Shown here: positions 50,397 through 62,221 of the stretch, piece by piece
Layout: each line of letters opens with the position of its first letter
Numbering within the stretch: the stretch's first letter is position 1
Assembly: GCA_001179505.1 (NCBI GenBank)
Contig: CDMY01000395.1
Location: 62,001 to 126,000 of the forward strand
From: Vitrella brassicaformis CCMP3155
Lineage: Eukaryota > Protista > Chromerida
Direction: 5' to 3'
Length of the DNA: 64,000 nt
Translations under genes and position numbers: made by a program
Notes under the pieces: model-generated
What the model saw: only the letters and a program-made list of their open reading frames with translations
The model's database searches: none
What the model was told of the DNA's origin: nothing

Positions 50397-51013
50397 CGTG
50401 TGGCGTGTCTCGGGTGTGCACATTCAGACTGTGCTCGCGAGGTGGTGTTGAGGCCGCTGCAGGAGCGAGCTGCCAATCCCTCAGCTAGCCGCAATGCTTC
50501 CTGCCGACCGAAATGCCTTCTCTGGTGAGCTGAGCCAGGAAGGGACCACACAGACACAGGACAGAACACACTTATCTCATCAACTCTTCCCTCCCCTGCT
50601 TGTGCAGCCGTGAGGAGATCGACCGCGTGCTGCTCATTCTCAACTGCCACGACTCCACAACAGCCGCTGAAGACAGCAACAATGGCCACAGGGACGATGA
50701 GACTGCCCCCCTGCATGAGAAGAAGACCGTCGAGGCGCGCGTCCTCTACCGCATCACCGACCCAGACACCGCCCCAACCGTCCCCTCCACGCCCTCATTC
50801 TGGCAAAGACTGTCCGCGGGACAGCCCACATCAGCTGCGGCAGGCGGCCCATCTAGGCTGGGGCTGTGGCAGGTGCAGGGTGGGGGTATGGGTATGGCGT
50901 GGGGCGGATTTACTGCCGGGATGATGGCTGGCGCGGCGGGGCGGCTGGGCACCACGCCGTTTGAGTGGGGGGGAGAGGCTGATGCGGCTGCCTACATCGG
51001 GCCATGGCTGTGA
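48460..51013 (+). CDS. Type-I membrane RING-HC E3 ubiquitin ligase-like protein
   Basis: Signal peptide (VAIWTLMPLLISLTTASG), single TM (GMVAGFVGGATVLFTILVFCW), long disordered cytosolic region, and RING CVVCFEGRREIVFLPCGHGGICR|DCARE...CLL|CREEI. Confidence 0.8.
49025..49115. repeat. Intronic inverted microsatellite pair, (CAGA)n then (TGTC)n
   Basis: 49025-49046 CAGA repeats and 49084-49115 TGTC repeats are reverse complements within intron 48992-49117. Confidence 0.9.
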
Positions 51014-51211
51014 TGTGAGGGGACGGATGCATGGTCGATGGATGGATCAATCGAGGCAGGTTGGCATAGGATGTTTATAAGCCGCTACATGTTGGGAGAG
51101 GGCGGTGGGTGTGTTGGTTTGAGTGAGGTCTTGTTGTACTGTGTTCTTTTTGTGAGCACATGAGTTTTGAGGCCAGCCAGCCATCCAGCTGGTCCTCAGT
51201 GCCACATCGGT

Positions 51212-51280
51212 GGACAGACAGACAGACAGACAGACAGACAGCTCATGTGCGAGCGAGTGGATGGATGGATGGATGGACGA
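51212..51280. repeat. Intergenic (GACA)n and (GGAT)n microsatellites
   Basis: GACA run followed by a GGAT run, read directly. Confidence 0.85.
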
Positions 51281-52078
51281 CTCTTGTGTGCATTGATGGA
51301 GCAGCCAGCGACGTACGGTGTCTTTTTGCCTCTCGTTCGTGTGGCGAGTTCTTTCTTGTCGACTTGACCGAGCAATCTGCAGGTGGGGCTGTGGTGTAGC
51401 GTGGTATGCATGCGTGACCTCGTGTGTGTTGTTTCTGCGGGGATCTTGCGACGGACGGACGCTTCCTGACCTGCGGTGCGGTGCGTGGGTTGCAATGCAG
51501 TTGGTGTCGTGCAGCATAGCATGTGGATGGACGCATGCGGGCCATCCATCCATCCATCTCACACACGTGAACAAGCAAGCCATGGCGGACCAACGCACGT
51601 GTATGTGGGCGGGGCTGGGGGGTCAGTGTGTGTCTCTATCTATCTGTCTACTTCTTGCTGAGCTGTGCTGATCTGTGGCAGACGGGATGGAGTGCAGTGC
51701 CTAGTGGATGGATCCGTGTCAGTCTGCGCGTGACACTCTCAGTCTGCACACTTGACTGATCGACATTCACAGGTCTCACCAAGCCCGCAGATCCTTCACA
51801 CAGCATGAAACACACGCACCTGCGGGTCAGCTGTTGTCTTGTGGCGTCAATATCGTCCTGTGTTTGACTCACTGGTCTGGGTGGGGCTGTGTTTGTCTTT
51901 CACGTCCATTTCGAATAAGAGAAAGGCCGGAGGCCCAAGGCAGCTCAGCACGCTTTGTGGACGCCTCCAGGCGCGGAAAAGAGAGAGATCTGAACACGCT
52001 CTCATTGAAAGATCAACGCCAAGGCGAGCTAAGAACACGAATTCAGGATGTTGTCGTGACAGATCTAACTGTTGCGGG

Positions 52079-53445
52079 ATGACCGGGATGACGGATGCAT
52101 CGCTTGTGCATCGTCTCGAGCAGACTATTCTCGGCATTCAATCACTCCTCGAGGGAGTGTGGCTCTGTGTCACAGATGGGGACGTCAGGCGCGAGTACCT
52201 CTTCTGCTGGAAGTGGATTGGAGGCTTCTGTGAGCTGAGAAGGAAGCACCTGCATTGCACCCACTTTGACACCTGCAAATTTCTCTCTCTCTCTCTGTAT
52301 GTGTGCGTGTGTGTGTGTGGTGCAGTGGTGGTGACGATAGTGATAAGCCAGGTGATGGTGCTGCCGCTGGCCATCCTCTTTCACCTGGTGGGGTGGGGAG
52401 AGGCAGCAGCTCTGACGGTCTCTGGTGAAATGAATCAATCGTGTCTGTCAATCGGCTGACTCTTACTCAGGTGGACTTCATCACACTGGAGTCGTACGAC
52501 ATCTCAAAATACACATCTGCACTGGCAGGTCAGCACAGCACAGCACAAGTCAATCCACTCATCCATCTCCGCGTTAATTGACGCCGTCTGTTGTTGGCGT
52601 CGTCTGTCTGTTCTGGTATATTCTCTCTCTGCAGCCAGGATGGCGCGCCTTATGGTCGATATAGTCCCGTCACTCTGTCTTGCATTCCTTGGTAAAACCC
52701 AACCAACCAGCCTACGCCTCGCCCCTCCTAATCGGTGCAGTGCAGACGGATGCGATGCCTCATTCCTTCCGTTGCCTTAATTGCAGGGTATCCACTCGAG
52801 CGTGCCTTCTTCGCCGTGCTAGCGAGTGTCAGCCCCACTGACCACTCCACACTCAGCGCCATGACGAGGCTGCCGCGGGACCCCTTCCAGTTTCTGTGGC
52901 GATTGATGCGGCGGCTGGCGAGAGGGGCGCTTTTCTCCCTGCTGCTGGGGCTGCTCTATGGGCTGCCGATCAAAGGCGTGTATGCTGTCGTCGTGTTGGT
53001 GATGGAGGTGGTGCTCGCCACCACATTCACCGGTAGGTGGGTCAGTGCACACAGTCAGCACACACACCCGACAAGTGCACATCTTCCTGTGTCTGTGCTC
53101 TGTCGGCTGTCAGGTCCCTATGCGGCCCTCGTCGCCTTCCTGATCGCTTTCTTCTTCCCACAGGCCAAGCCACTGACCCTCCGGCTGCTCAACATCTTTC
53201 ATGTCGCCACTCTCTCGTCGGCAGACTTCCTCGACCCATATCTTGCTCGTCACTACAGCAACGACCAGAAGAGCTACCGGCGGCAAAAGCGATTCCTGCG
53301 TGAGAATCAGGGGCTGGTGATGCCCTTTGGTATGGTGTTTGTGGCGCTGGGGGCGGTGAGGGGGGTGGGGCCGCTCATGTGTTTGGTCAGTGTGCCTGCA
53401 TCGGCTGCATTGGTGCCTCACTTGCGGAGGGGGGATGATGAATGA
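52079..53445 (+). CDS. EI24/CysZ-like multi-pass membrane protein
   Basis: Several hydrophobic helices and a C-terminal pattern DFLDPYLAR...QKRFLRENQGLVMPFGMVFVALGAVRGVGPLMCLVSVPASAAL resembling EI24-family proteins. Confidence 0.55.
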
Positions 53446-53873
53446 AGTGATTGGTTGCTGAGAGGGTGATTGATAGATAGGGCGTTGCTGTCTTGTGTTT
53501 GGAGTGGTGGTCTGTCTGCTTGTGTGTATAGGGTAGGCCTTCCATCGTCATGGGTGGCCGGGGCCTTGTACATTCCTCTTGTTTCTTCGAATGAGGGAGA
53601 CACAGAGTCGGTATTTGTGCGACCAGATGCACTCGTTGACAGACAGGGGACATGTCCTCTAGCTATTGCGGTCAATGAGTCGGTCATTCACCGATGGCAC
53701 CTGGCCACCCAATCTCTTACTTACACACACACATCCGATCAACCACGCCAAGCCAGGACATGCACGCCACACGCCATCACTTAACGAGGGCCTCCTTCAA
53801 CACGCCCATCCTGCCCGCAGCCACACACAGACACACACGCCATTGACACAAATCATTGCGTTGAATGAGGCCG

Positions 53874-56726
53874 TTACTTGGTTGGTGAGGGTGCTGGTGA
53901 AGAGTCGAGGTCCTCGTCGTCGTCGATGGGCTGCTTTGCGGTGATCTGGGAGTCCCGCTCGCTCAGCGTCTTCTCAACTATCTCCAGCAACTTCCTGTTC
54001 ATCTTCATCTCCGCAGGCGCCATCTGCACATACATACCACATACGTACGCAGCACGGGAGACATCTGGTTATGTGTAGGTTTGGTTGACTGTGTGTGCCA
54101 GACCGACTTTGGTTTCCTTCCTCCTTCTCTTTTCGTCCATTTGTTCCTCGAGCTCCTTGCGGAAGCGGAGGTTCATCGACCGGCGGCTCTCGGCCTTGCT
54201 CCGCTCCTGCTCCGTGAAATCCTGACCAACACCACACACACACACACACACACAGAGACAGACAGACAGACAGAGAGAGAGAGGAATGAATGGATGGAAG
54301 GCATGGAGGTTCTTGGTTTCTGTCTGTGCCTTGAGGTCTTCTTCGAGGAGTTGTGCCCTCATTTTGGTGAGTTCCTTTTCTTTGGTTTTGGCGTCCTCCC
54401 TCTCCTGCATCTGCTGAAAGAGAAACCTCTTGGTCTCCTCCGTCATCTGAAGGGAAGGCACACACACATCACATGCTTGCCGCCCAGGCAGACAGACAGA
54501 GACACGGGAGACACGATGTGTGGGTGATGACCTGTTTGAGTTTCCTCTGTTTGTTGAGCTCGACTTCGAACTGCCTGGCCTCCATCTCAAGACGCTGCTT
54601 CTCTGCTCGGCGCGCGTCCTCCTCGGCCTTGACACATGACCCATCCCAACACACAGACAGAGCAGCCGGGCGGGTGGGCGGGCGGGTGGGCGGGCGGCTG
54701 TGTGGCGGATTGGCTTACCTTGTTTTCCTGCATTTTGACAACGGTGTCCTTCATGCGGTCCATGAGATTCCTCTGGCGGTCCAGACGCTCCTTCAACTCG
54801 CTCTCACGAGCCGCTTCCTGCAGACCACACAGCCACATATCACATCCATGTGTGTGTGGGGCTGGCATGAATGTGCCTCGAGTCCCTCCCCACACAGGTA
54901 CCTGTTGGTCGAGGATGCGGACGTATTCCTCCATCGACCTGAGGTCTGCCTCTTGGTCCTCCTTCTTCTTGCGGGCCTTCTCAATCTGCTCCTGCTCATT
55001 CTCCTGCTCAATCACACACAGGGAGGGACACACACGTCACGTCATGATCCCTGTGCTTGTGTTGTGTTGTGTTGTGTTGTGTTGCAACGGTGCAGTAGCT
55101 GCAGAGGCGGACCTCCATGAGCTTTCGAATGATGTGTCTTTCATTGTCCTTCTTGGCCTGCTCCTTCTTCTTCTCCTTCTGCAGCTCCTTGTCGATGCGC
55201 GCCAGGAACTGCTTCTCCTCCTTCTGACGGACCTCATCCTCCTCCTGTCGACACACCACACACATGCTCACACACATCACATCCACGGGAGGGAGGAGAC
55301 ACGTGTGTGTGCGTCTTTGTGGAAGTGTAAGTGACCTTTCTTCGTTTGTTGTCGAGGGCGAGCTGCTCGTCGCGGTCCACCTTCTCCTTCATCGTTTTCT
55401 TCTTGAACTCCTCCTCCTTCTGCACCTCGATCTTCCTGCAACACAACACAACACGCAAATAAACAAGGCAGCGTATAGATAGACACAAGGCGAGCCAGCC
55501 AGGTGTGATTCTTGTACTTGAGTCGTTCCAGGTTCTCGTTTTGGATGTGGTAAAACTTCATGTCCTCCTCCTTCTCGGCCACCTTCTTGGCCCTACACGT
55601 ACACACACACAGACGTCACTGGTGTCTCGCCAGGCCAGCTTATGTGTGGTGGGTGATGTGTGTCTCTGTCTGACTGTTTCTCCTCGAGCTGTCCATCGAG
55701 GTCCCTTTTGAGTCTGCCCTGTTCCACCTTGAACCGCTCCTTCTCCTTCTGACTCTCAACCTCGTTGATGTAACGCGCATAGTCGTCCAGACGAGACCAC
55801 TGACCACACCACACCGAACCATGATGCACACAGAGACATACAACGGGCACAAAGTCATTTGATTTGGCTGGCTGTCTGTCGTGTGTGCACAGCTGACGTC
55901 ATAGTCCTGGAACTGGTCCACAAGGGCATCGACGGGCCGCACACCCGAGGCCGTCTGCACGTCCGCCCCACTCACTGCCGACCCATCGCCAGGTTTTTGC
56001 TGCTGGAACATCTGTGTGACACACAGAAGAAAGAGGAGGAACACACGGTCGACTGCCACTGCCACGCAAAGGGCCCCTACCGAAAGCTGCGAGAGGTTGT
56101 CGACGTGTGTGGCCCTGGAGGCGTTAGTGTAAGCCGACACGTTGGTGATGTCTGTCTTGGTGTCCCGCGCCTCATCGGGCTGGGCCCCGGCAGACGGGGC
56201 ACCCACCACCTGTGTCTTGACATCCTGCTCGATGCGACGCTCCAACCTGATCGATTCGATGGCCGGGTGGGAAACACGGACGTCGGATGGATGGAAGAGG
56301 GAGTGCTGATGCTGACTGACTGGCGGACCTGTTGAGGTTCTTTTTCGTGACGTCGGCGTTCTCAACGAAGTCCTTCACCTGCCGATTGATCGCCTTGTCC
56401 ACCTCCGGCCCGATGCCCGCCTCTGCTGTCGCCTGACGGAGAAGACAGAGACCACAGCGGCAGGCGGATTGAGTTGGTGCAGTGTGTGTGTGTGTGTGTG
56501 GTTGCCTTTGCGTATTTCTGTTTGAACTTGGTGACGAGGACGTCCTTGAGCTGCTCCCTCTGCTGCAGATCCAGCAACTTCTGTTTGCGCTTCTCGGGAA
56601 TGTGCGGGTTGATCCCCTGGTCGGGAGCCCTGCCAGTCACACGCAATCACACACGACGCGCGCAGCGGTTGCGTACATGCGAAAGGAAGGCAGCACGAAA
56701 CGTCACCATTGCAACGTTTGTGCCAT
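53874..56726 (-). CDS. Trichohyalin-plectin-homology (TPH)-like charged coiled-coil protein, probable flagellar microtubule-associated protein
   Basis: About 14 exons of E/K/R/Q-rich helix (WSRLDDYARY, EEDMKFYHIQNENL, FRKELEEQMDEK, EMKMNRKLL). Start MAQTLQW is phase-compatible with exon 2. Confidence 0.65.
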
Positions 56727-57008
56727 TCTCTCCCCCTATGTGATCTTACTTGAAGCCCCTAGGCGCAGGGTGCTTAGGAGGATACATCAGGGTTTGCGCG
56801 AGGAGAAACTGCCCCCAAAAGCTCGCCCCGTCTCAGCTCGCAAACACGAATTTGGATCTGGCGCAGGCCCTCCCTCTTTCCGCACTGTGACGCCTGGGCC
56901 ATTGCTCATCTCAGTCAAGACCAGCTCTTGGTCAGGGTTGCGGCAGCTGGTGCGTGTTGTTCTTGTGGCTTGGACCAGGTGTGAGCCTTGCTGAGTCCTC
57001 TGGTGAGG

Positions 57009-57359
57009 ATGAAGGGAGGGCCGGATCAGCAGCCGACGGCAGGCGCCTCGTCCTCTTCCGATGGGCGCGGTGAGGAGGCTGCTCTGCTCGTGAGACGGAT
57101 CAAGGTGGGCAGTGACGCACACCACACCGGATCACGGTTGCTGGATGTGGTGTGTTTTCGTCCCTTGTGTGTACACAGGCGCTCGATCCGAAGAGCTACG
57201 AGCAGCTGAGGACAGCGCTAGAGAATTATGTGGGCGGTGGGGAACCTTGGGATGAGACCTGGCGGACGGTGATACAGATCATGGAGGGGCACCCGTCGCT
57301 GTGGAAAAACAGCTTCATCTTCATGAGTGACGTCGCCGATGTAAGCATACACACAAACA

Positions 57360-57394
<35 letters not shown>

Positions 57395-59216
57395 GGAGCC
57401 TGCTCACACACAGCACACCCGCGTCTGTCATCTCTGTGTGTGGTGTGTGGTTCTCAGCGCATCAGAGCACTGTCCGCTGATATGGAGAGAGATACAGAGA
57501 AACTACAGGTCTGTATGGTATGGTGAAGGAAGAGTACATGAGGGATGGATTGACACCTTTCTGTTCTGCGTCTGCTTGTCCTTGTCCTTGTCAGACGCCG
57601 GCCTACTCGCGGGTGCCGCTCAGCGAAATCAACTGGGACGGTGAGGGGGGGAACCAAGATCATCCTATGTGTGTGGACCACCACCATGTGCACATTCTCT
57701 GTGTGTGTGTGTGATGTCAGGTGCCGAGGTGTCTGGCTCCAGCTATCGCAAGCTCCCTGCAAACTACCCCAAGAAGGTCTGCAACCAACATAGAACTGCA
57801 CACACCCCCACACGCGCACACTGTGCCTTCTCCACTGTGCGGCGCTGCTCTGGTCGTGACGAGCTGTGTAGAAAGGTCCTCAACAACACGTGGACATCCA
57901 TCTCGCAGGCACGCACCTACACCGGCATACACACACGTTCACACACTTCTACTCTCGCGTGTTGGTGTGGTGTGATGGTTCCTTTCTCCAGGGCAGTGAG
58001 CGCGCGATACGCGCCAGCGGTCGCGACAAGGCGCTCTTCCAGACGGAGGACGAGCGCTTCGAAGTCGACTACAAGATCGAACTCGGGAACACAAGTCAGC
58101 TGCCATGCATCCACGACACAGACAAATCGTGTGTTCATTGGTGTGTGTTCCTGGGGAGGGGTCTTTGCTGTTCATTGCAGCCATCGACGTGCTCAACAGG
58201 ACCATTGACCGCGCGCGGGCACAGCAGCACCCAAAGCACACGTGAGGCCCTGAATCAGCGGCAGGCAACACGCGCATGGCAGCCCCACATCTCATCTGTC
58301 TTGCCGCCTCTACGCAGCATTGGCCCCGTTGCTGCGAGCGTGTTGGCGCCCGAGCTGCTGTGGCACCCGATTCATCGCAAGTGCCTGCGGCTCATATACG
58401 GCCGACATCTGGCCAGAGAGGTCGTTGAGCTCATCAAGACAGACATCAACAGTGAGCAGGGCGCCACAGTGAGGGTCGGTGGAAGGGGCACGGTGCAGGT
58501 GTTTCTCTCTCTCCCTCTTTCAGGTTGTGTGCCGCTAATCGTTGGACATCTGAAGCGCAAAGTCAAGGCATGGTGAGGACACACCGACGGCAAAATGGAG
58601 TGTGTTGGCAGCAGAGGTGTATGTGTGTGTGTATGTGTGCAGGGAGCTGCTGCGGACGCAGCACAATCGTGGTGTGTGGCACAACAAGATGAAGAAAAGC
58701 TACGAGAAATCCCTCGCACACCAGCGCACACAGGACGACACTTCGCTGCAGCAGGTATACAAGTGCAGACACAACAGATGACGAAAGATGGATGGATGGA
58801 TGGATGTGTATGTGCCCTTTGTCGCCCCTGTGGTGGGTCCACCAGGTGTCCCAAGCACCCGGCACGGCTTCAAAGAAGCGTCAGGCACAGGTGCGTGGAT
58901 TCCCCCTGGCCTGACCACGCCTTCCTGTCTGCCTGCCTGCCTGCCTGCCCGTCTGTCTGTCTGTCTGCAGGATGGCAATTCTGCGGCAAAGCGGCCCCGC
59001 ACAGAGCCACAGATCGAGCAGGAGGCGGCTGGGCTTTCACAAGAGCAGGACCGAGAGAAAACTTCCGGTGTTGCTGCTGCGAGCGCTGCAAGTGCTGCCG
59101 TCACTGCTCAAATGAAGAGTGATGGCGGGCAGGGTCGGCAGCACGTGATTGGTGGGGCTGATGTGCGTGAGGAGGACATGTCTGCCCAGACGAGCCCCTC
59201 GGGTGCAGCGTCGTGA
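57009..59216 (+). CDS. SIN3: Minimal Sin3-like co-repressor (one PAH domain plus the HDAC-interaction domain)
   Basis: PAH-like exon YEQLRTALENY...VIQIMEGHPSLWKNSFIFM. HID motifs GSSYRKLPANYP, CSGRDELCRKVLNNTWTS, LFQTEDERFEVD, IHRKCLRLIYG, PLIVGHLKRKVKAW, KSYEKSLAHQ. Confidence 0.85.
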
Positions 59217-60000
59217 CCCACGGTTGACTGTCTATGTAGTATATGCATTACGGGGTGCTCACTCTCTGTTTGCGGGCCGGCCTGTGTACAGCGTGACGCG
59301 TTTATGCGTACATACATACATACATACACTTACGCATTCATCCCTCTCTGGTACCGATCCCTCTCTGTCTGTCTGTCTGTCTGTCTGTCTGCACACGGGA
59401 AGGCTGATTGTACATACGCACCTAGCTACCTTGGTTTGCTCTGTGTCGTCTTGTCCTGTGTGTCTGTCTCAATCCACCTCTGCCGTGCTGCATTGGTCTC
59501 CTTCGCCGCCGTTTCTCGAAGGCTGTAGAGCACTCGAGGGCTGGGAAGGACACTAACGTGGCACACAGACATGCGCGAGGGCACTCCGGATGCTGGGCTA
59601 AGTGATGGGCTATTGTGCAGCCGGTGTAACTGCGTTGCTTACTGTGTGACTGTGAGAGGGATGGCGTGTGAGTGTGGGTGGGACAGGCGTCTGCTGCTGT
59701 CGATGCAACACGCCAGACGTGCAGCCGATATGCAAGTCGGGCATGCATCTCCGTCAGCAGATCTTTGTCTCACCTTAACTCACGTGTATGTCTATACGAT
59801 GCCGTGACTGACAGATTGCCGCTTACTGTGCGTGACTTCAATGAACAAACGAGTGCTGTACACCGAGCAAGACACTCATTCACTCATGGAAGATGTGTCC
59901 ACCGGTCCACACATTCACACACACACGGTTGGTGTCTCACTCAGCACGCAACATTGCGATATCAACATGACACCCACACCCATCCCCTTGCCCCTCTCAC

Positions 60001-61853
60001 TCACTGCACAGCAGAGAAGTAGTCAGTGATCTTGCGCTGCATCGGGTCACCGACAAAACTGATGCGGCGCACCTCCACGCGACACAGATGGCCCAATGGG
60101 GTCAGTTCCACGAGGTCAAAACCGGCCGCCCGCAGCAGCGCATGAAAACGGCCGCCGTCCAGCTGAACTTGCTCAAACGCGCTCAGGAAGTGGCTGTCTT
60201 CCTCCCTCCCCTGTCCCCAGCAGCGATCCACCTCAAGCACGATGCTATTCAGACACGGCACTGAAGATGTGGCAAGGATGCACTGACTGGCGACAGTCTG
60301 ACTGAACTCCTCTGCCCCCGCCCAGCCTCCCTCATCATAGCTCGGCAGCTCAGACAGCTCGATGGTATAGGCCATGCGAGATATGCGCTCATGGAACGGC
60401 CTGCCTCCCTCTCCTGCCTCATCCACCAACAGCGACCACTTCCCCAACCCCTCCTCAACGTCGACATAACACCTGACGACCGTGAGGTTGCCCAGCTGCT
60501 CTAGCACTGGCTGCACGTCTCCCTCAACCAGGCTGGCCAGCCCTTCCCCCTCGAATGCGAAAAGGTCTGCCTCTGTGACGTGGGGAAACATATGACCGAT
60601 ACGCGACAGAAAGGCAGCCGGCAGAGGGAAGAGATTCTGCCGGACCTCAAAGTAGAGGCTCAGCGAAGAGACTCGGGGAAGATTGAGTTTGGACACGACA
60701 GAATAGAGTTGAGGCGAGAAGTTAGGGGCGCACCTTCATGGACGTCGTAGAATTGATCAACAGGCGGCGCGTCGTCATGTCAAACGCATCGAGCCTCAGG
60801 CCGCACTCGCTGAGCCGCTGTGCGTCCCACCGCCCCATGTCGAAGCTGCCGTTGCTGATGACCGTCAGGTGCTTCAGGCTGCTCAAATCGACTCCAGCGG
60901 GCATGTCGCGGCCCCAGTGCGGGCCAGCAGGATGGTCCAGCTCGAGTGTGTGTAGCGCTCGACTGAACTGGTGCCAGCGGTGGCAGCAACTCGTGGACGA
61001 TGAAACGCGCAGTGACTCAAGCGAGCTGCAGAGGAGGAACACACACAGGCAGACACACAGAGAGTGTTGCATTTACCATCCTGTTGGCCCTGGTTGGGTT
61101 GTAAGGATAATACCTGAGCACCCAGTCTCCGTCGCCAGCCACCCGCACCCAGCGACCGGCGACCACCACATGGGTCAGCATGGAGAAGGTGGGCCTCCCG
61201 AAACGACGCACAGCCCCACCCCCACCCCCCCTGGTCTCGCTGTCATCCGCCTCCAAATGCGTCAACGTCTTGTGCGTGGCCTCAATCACACGGGCAAGGC
61301 TCTCATTCAACGGACACAGCATGGTGACGCGATTCGTGAGGGTGAAGCGAGGGCACCACACATCGAGCTGGCCGTCAGTGAGACGAATCTTCTCATGTGC
61401 GCGGGTCTTCGGACGGACGGTGCTCTTGAGGAAGATGGTGCGATGCATCTGTGGGTCGGTGGCGATGGTGTGGAGAGCCTTGCGGACGAGTGAGAGGGAG
61501 CCGATGATGCACTGTGTGCCAAGGAGGGGGCTGAGGAAGGCCGTGCGGACGTCATCGGGGATGCTCGACAGAGAGAGTGAGTCAATAAGCTGATGACAAG
61601 CAAATCAAAATCGAACAATGAATGAAAGATGGACGATACGCAGTCAGGTGCGTGCGCGTGTGGTGTACAGTACCTCCTTGGTATGTGATTCATCTGCGGG
61701 TCGGGTATCGAGTGATCCAACAGCGCTGCCGCTTACGATCTCAACCTAATGAATCAAACACATTGCATTCATTGAGCTCGGTCACGGTGATGCACTGCCT
61801 CCTTCCCTCACCTCTTTGCTTGTCGGCTGTTTTTTGTTTGAGGCGGCCATCAT
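60001..61853 (-). CDS. F-box-like / LRR-like / C-terminal PIP-box family member 3
   Basis: Two short phase-0 exons from ATG 61853 lead to [37 protein letters not shown]. Intron positions match members 1 and 2. Ends [27 protein letters not shown]. The last acceptor (~60634-60650) is ambiguous. Confidence 0.75.
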
Positions 61854-62221
61854 GACAAAGTGATAGTGAGGCAATGCTGGCAAGCAGCCACTTGTGTGTC
61901 GGTCGGCCCGCTGCTTCACGTGCTGCAGCTTCACACGCAAGCACGTCGGGCGTTCGTCGGCAACTCAACCAAAACTCATCGGAAAGTGCTTGAAACCGAC
62001 TGGCTATGATGATGGGCAGCCGAATCACGCTCCTTGCCGAAGAATAGCGAAAACCAAGGATCCATCTAAGCTCGCAATTGAGACAGTGAGAGGAGGCGTT
62101 AGTGAAGGACCTGACCGATCCTGCATCCGTGACCTTCCCGACTGCCGCGCGTGCACGCTGCATTCTCTTTGGTCAAGATCTTATCGCATCTATCGCAGCA
62201 CCATCGGTCAAGCACGTCAGC

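Noticed and set aside
60634-60740. Family member 3 as a frameshifted pseudogene
   Set aside because: The ORFs are out of frame at 60722-60735, but a GT donor at ~60734 with in-frame AG acceptors at ~60634-60643 gives an intact, shorter protein. Left unresolved rather than called.
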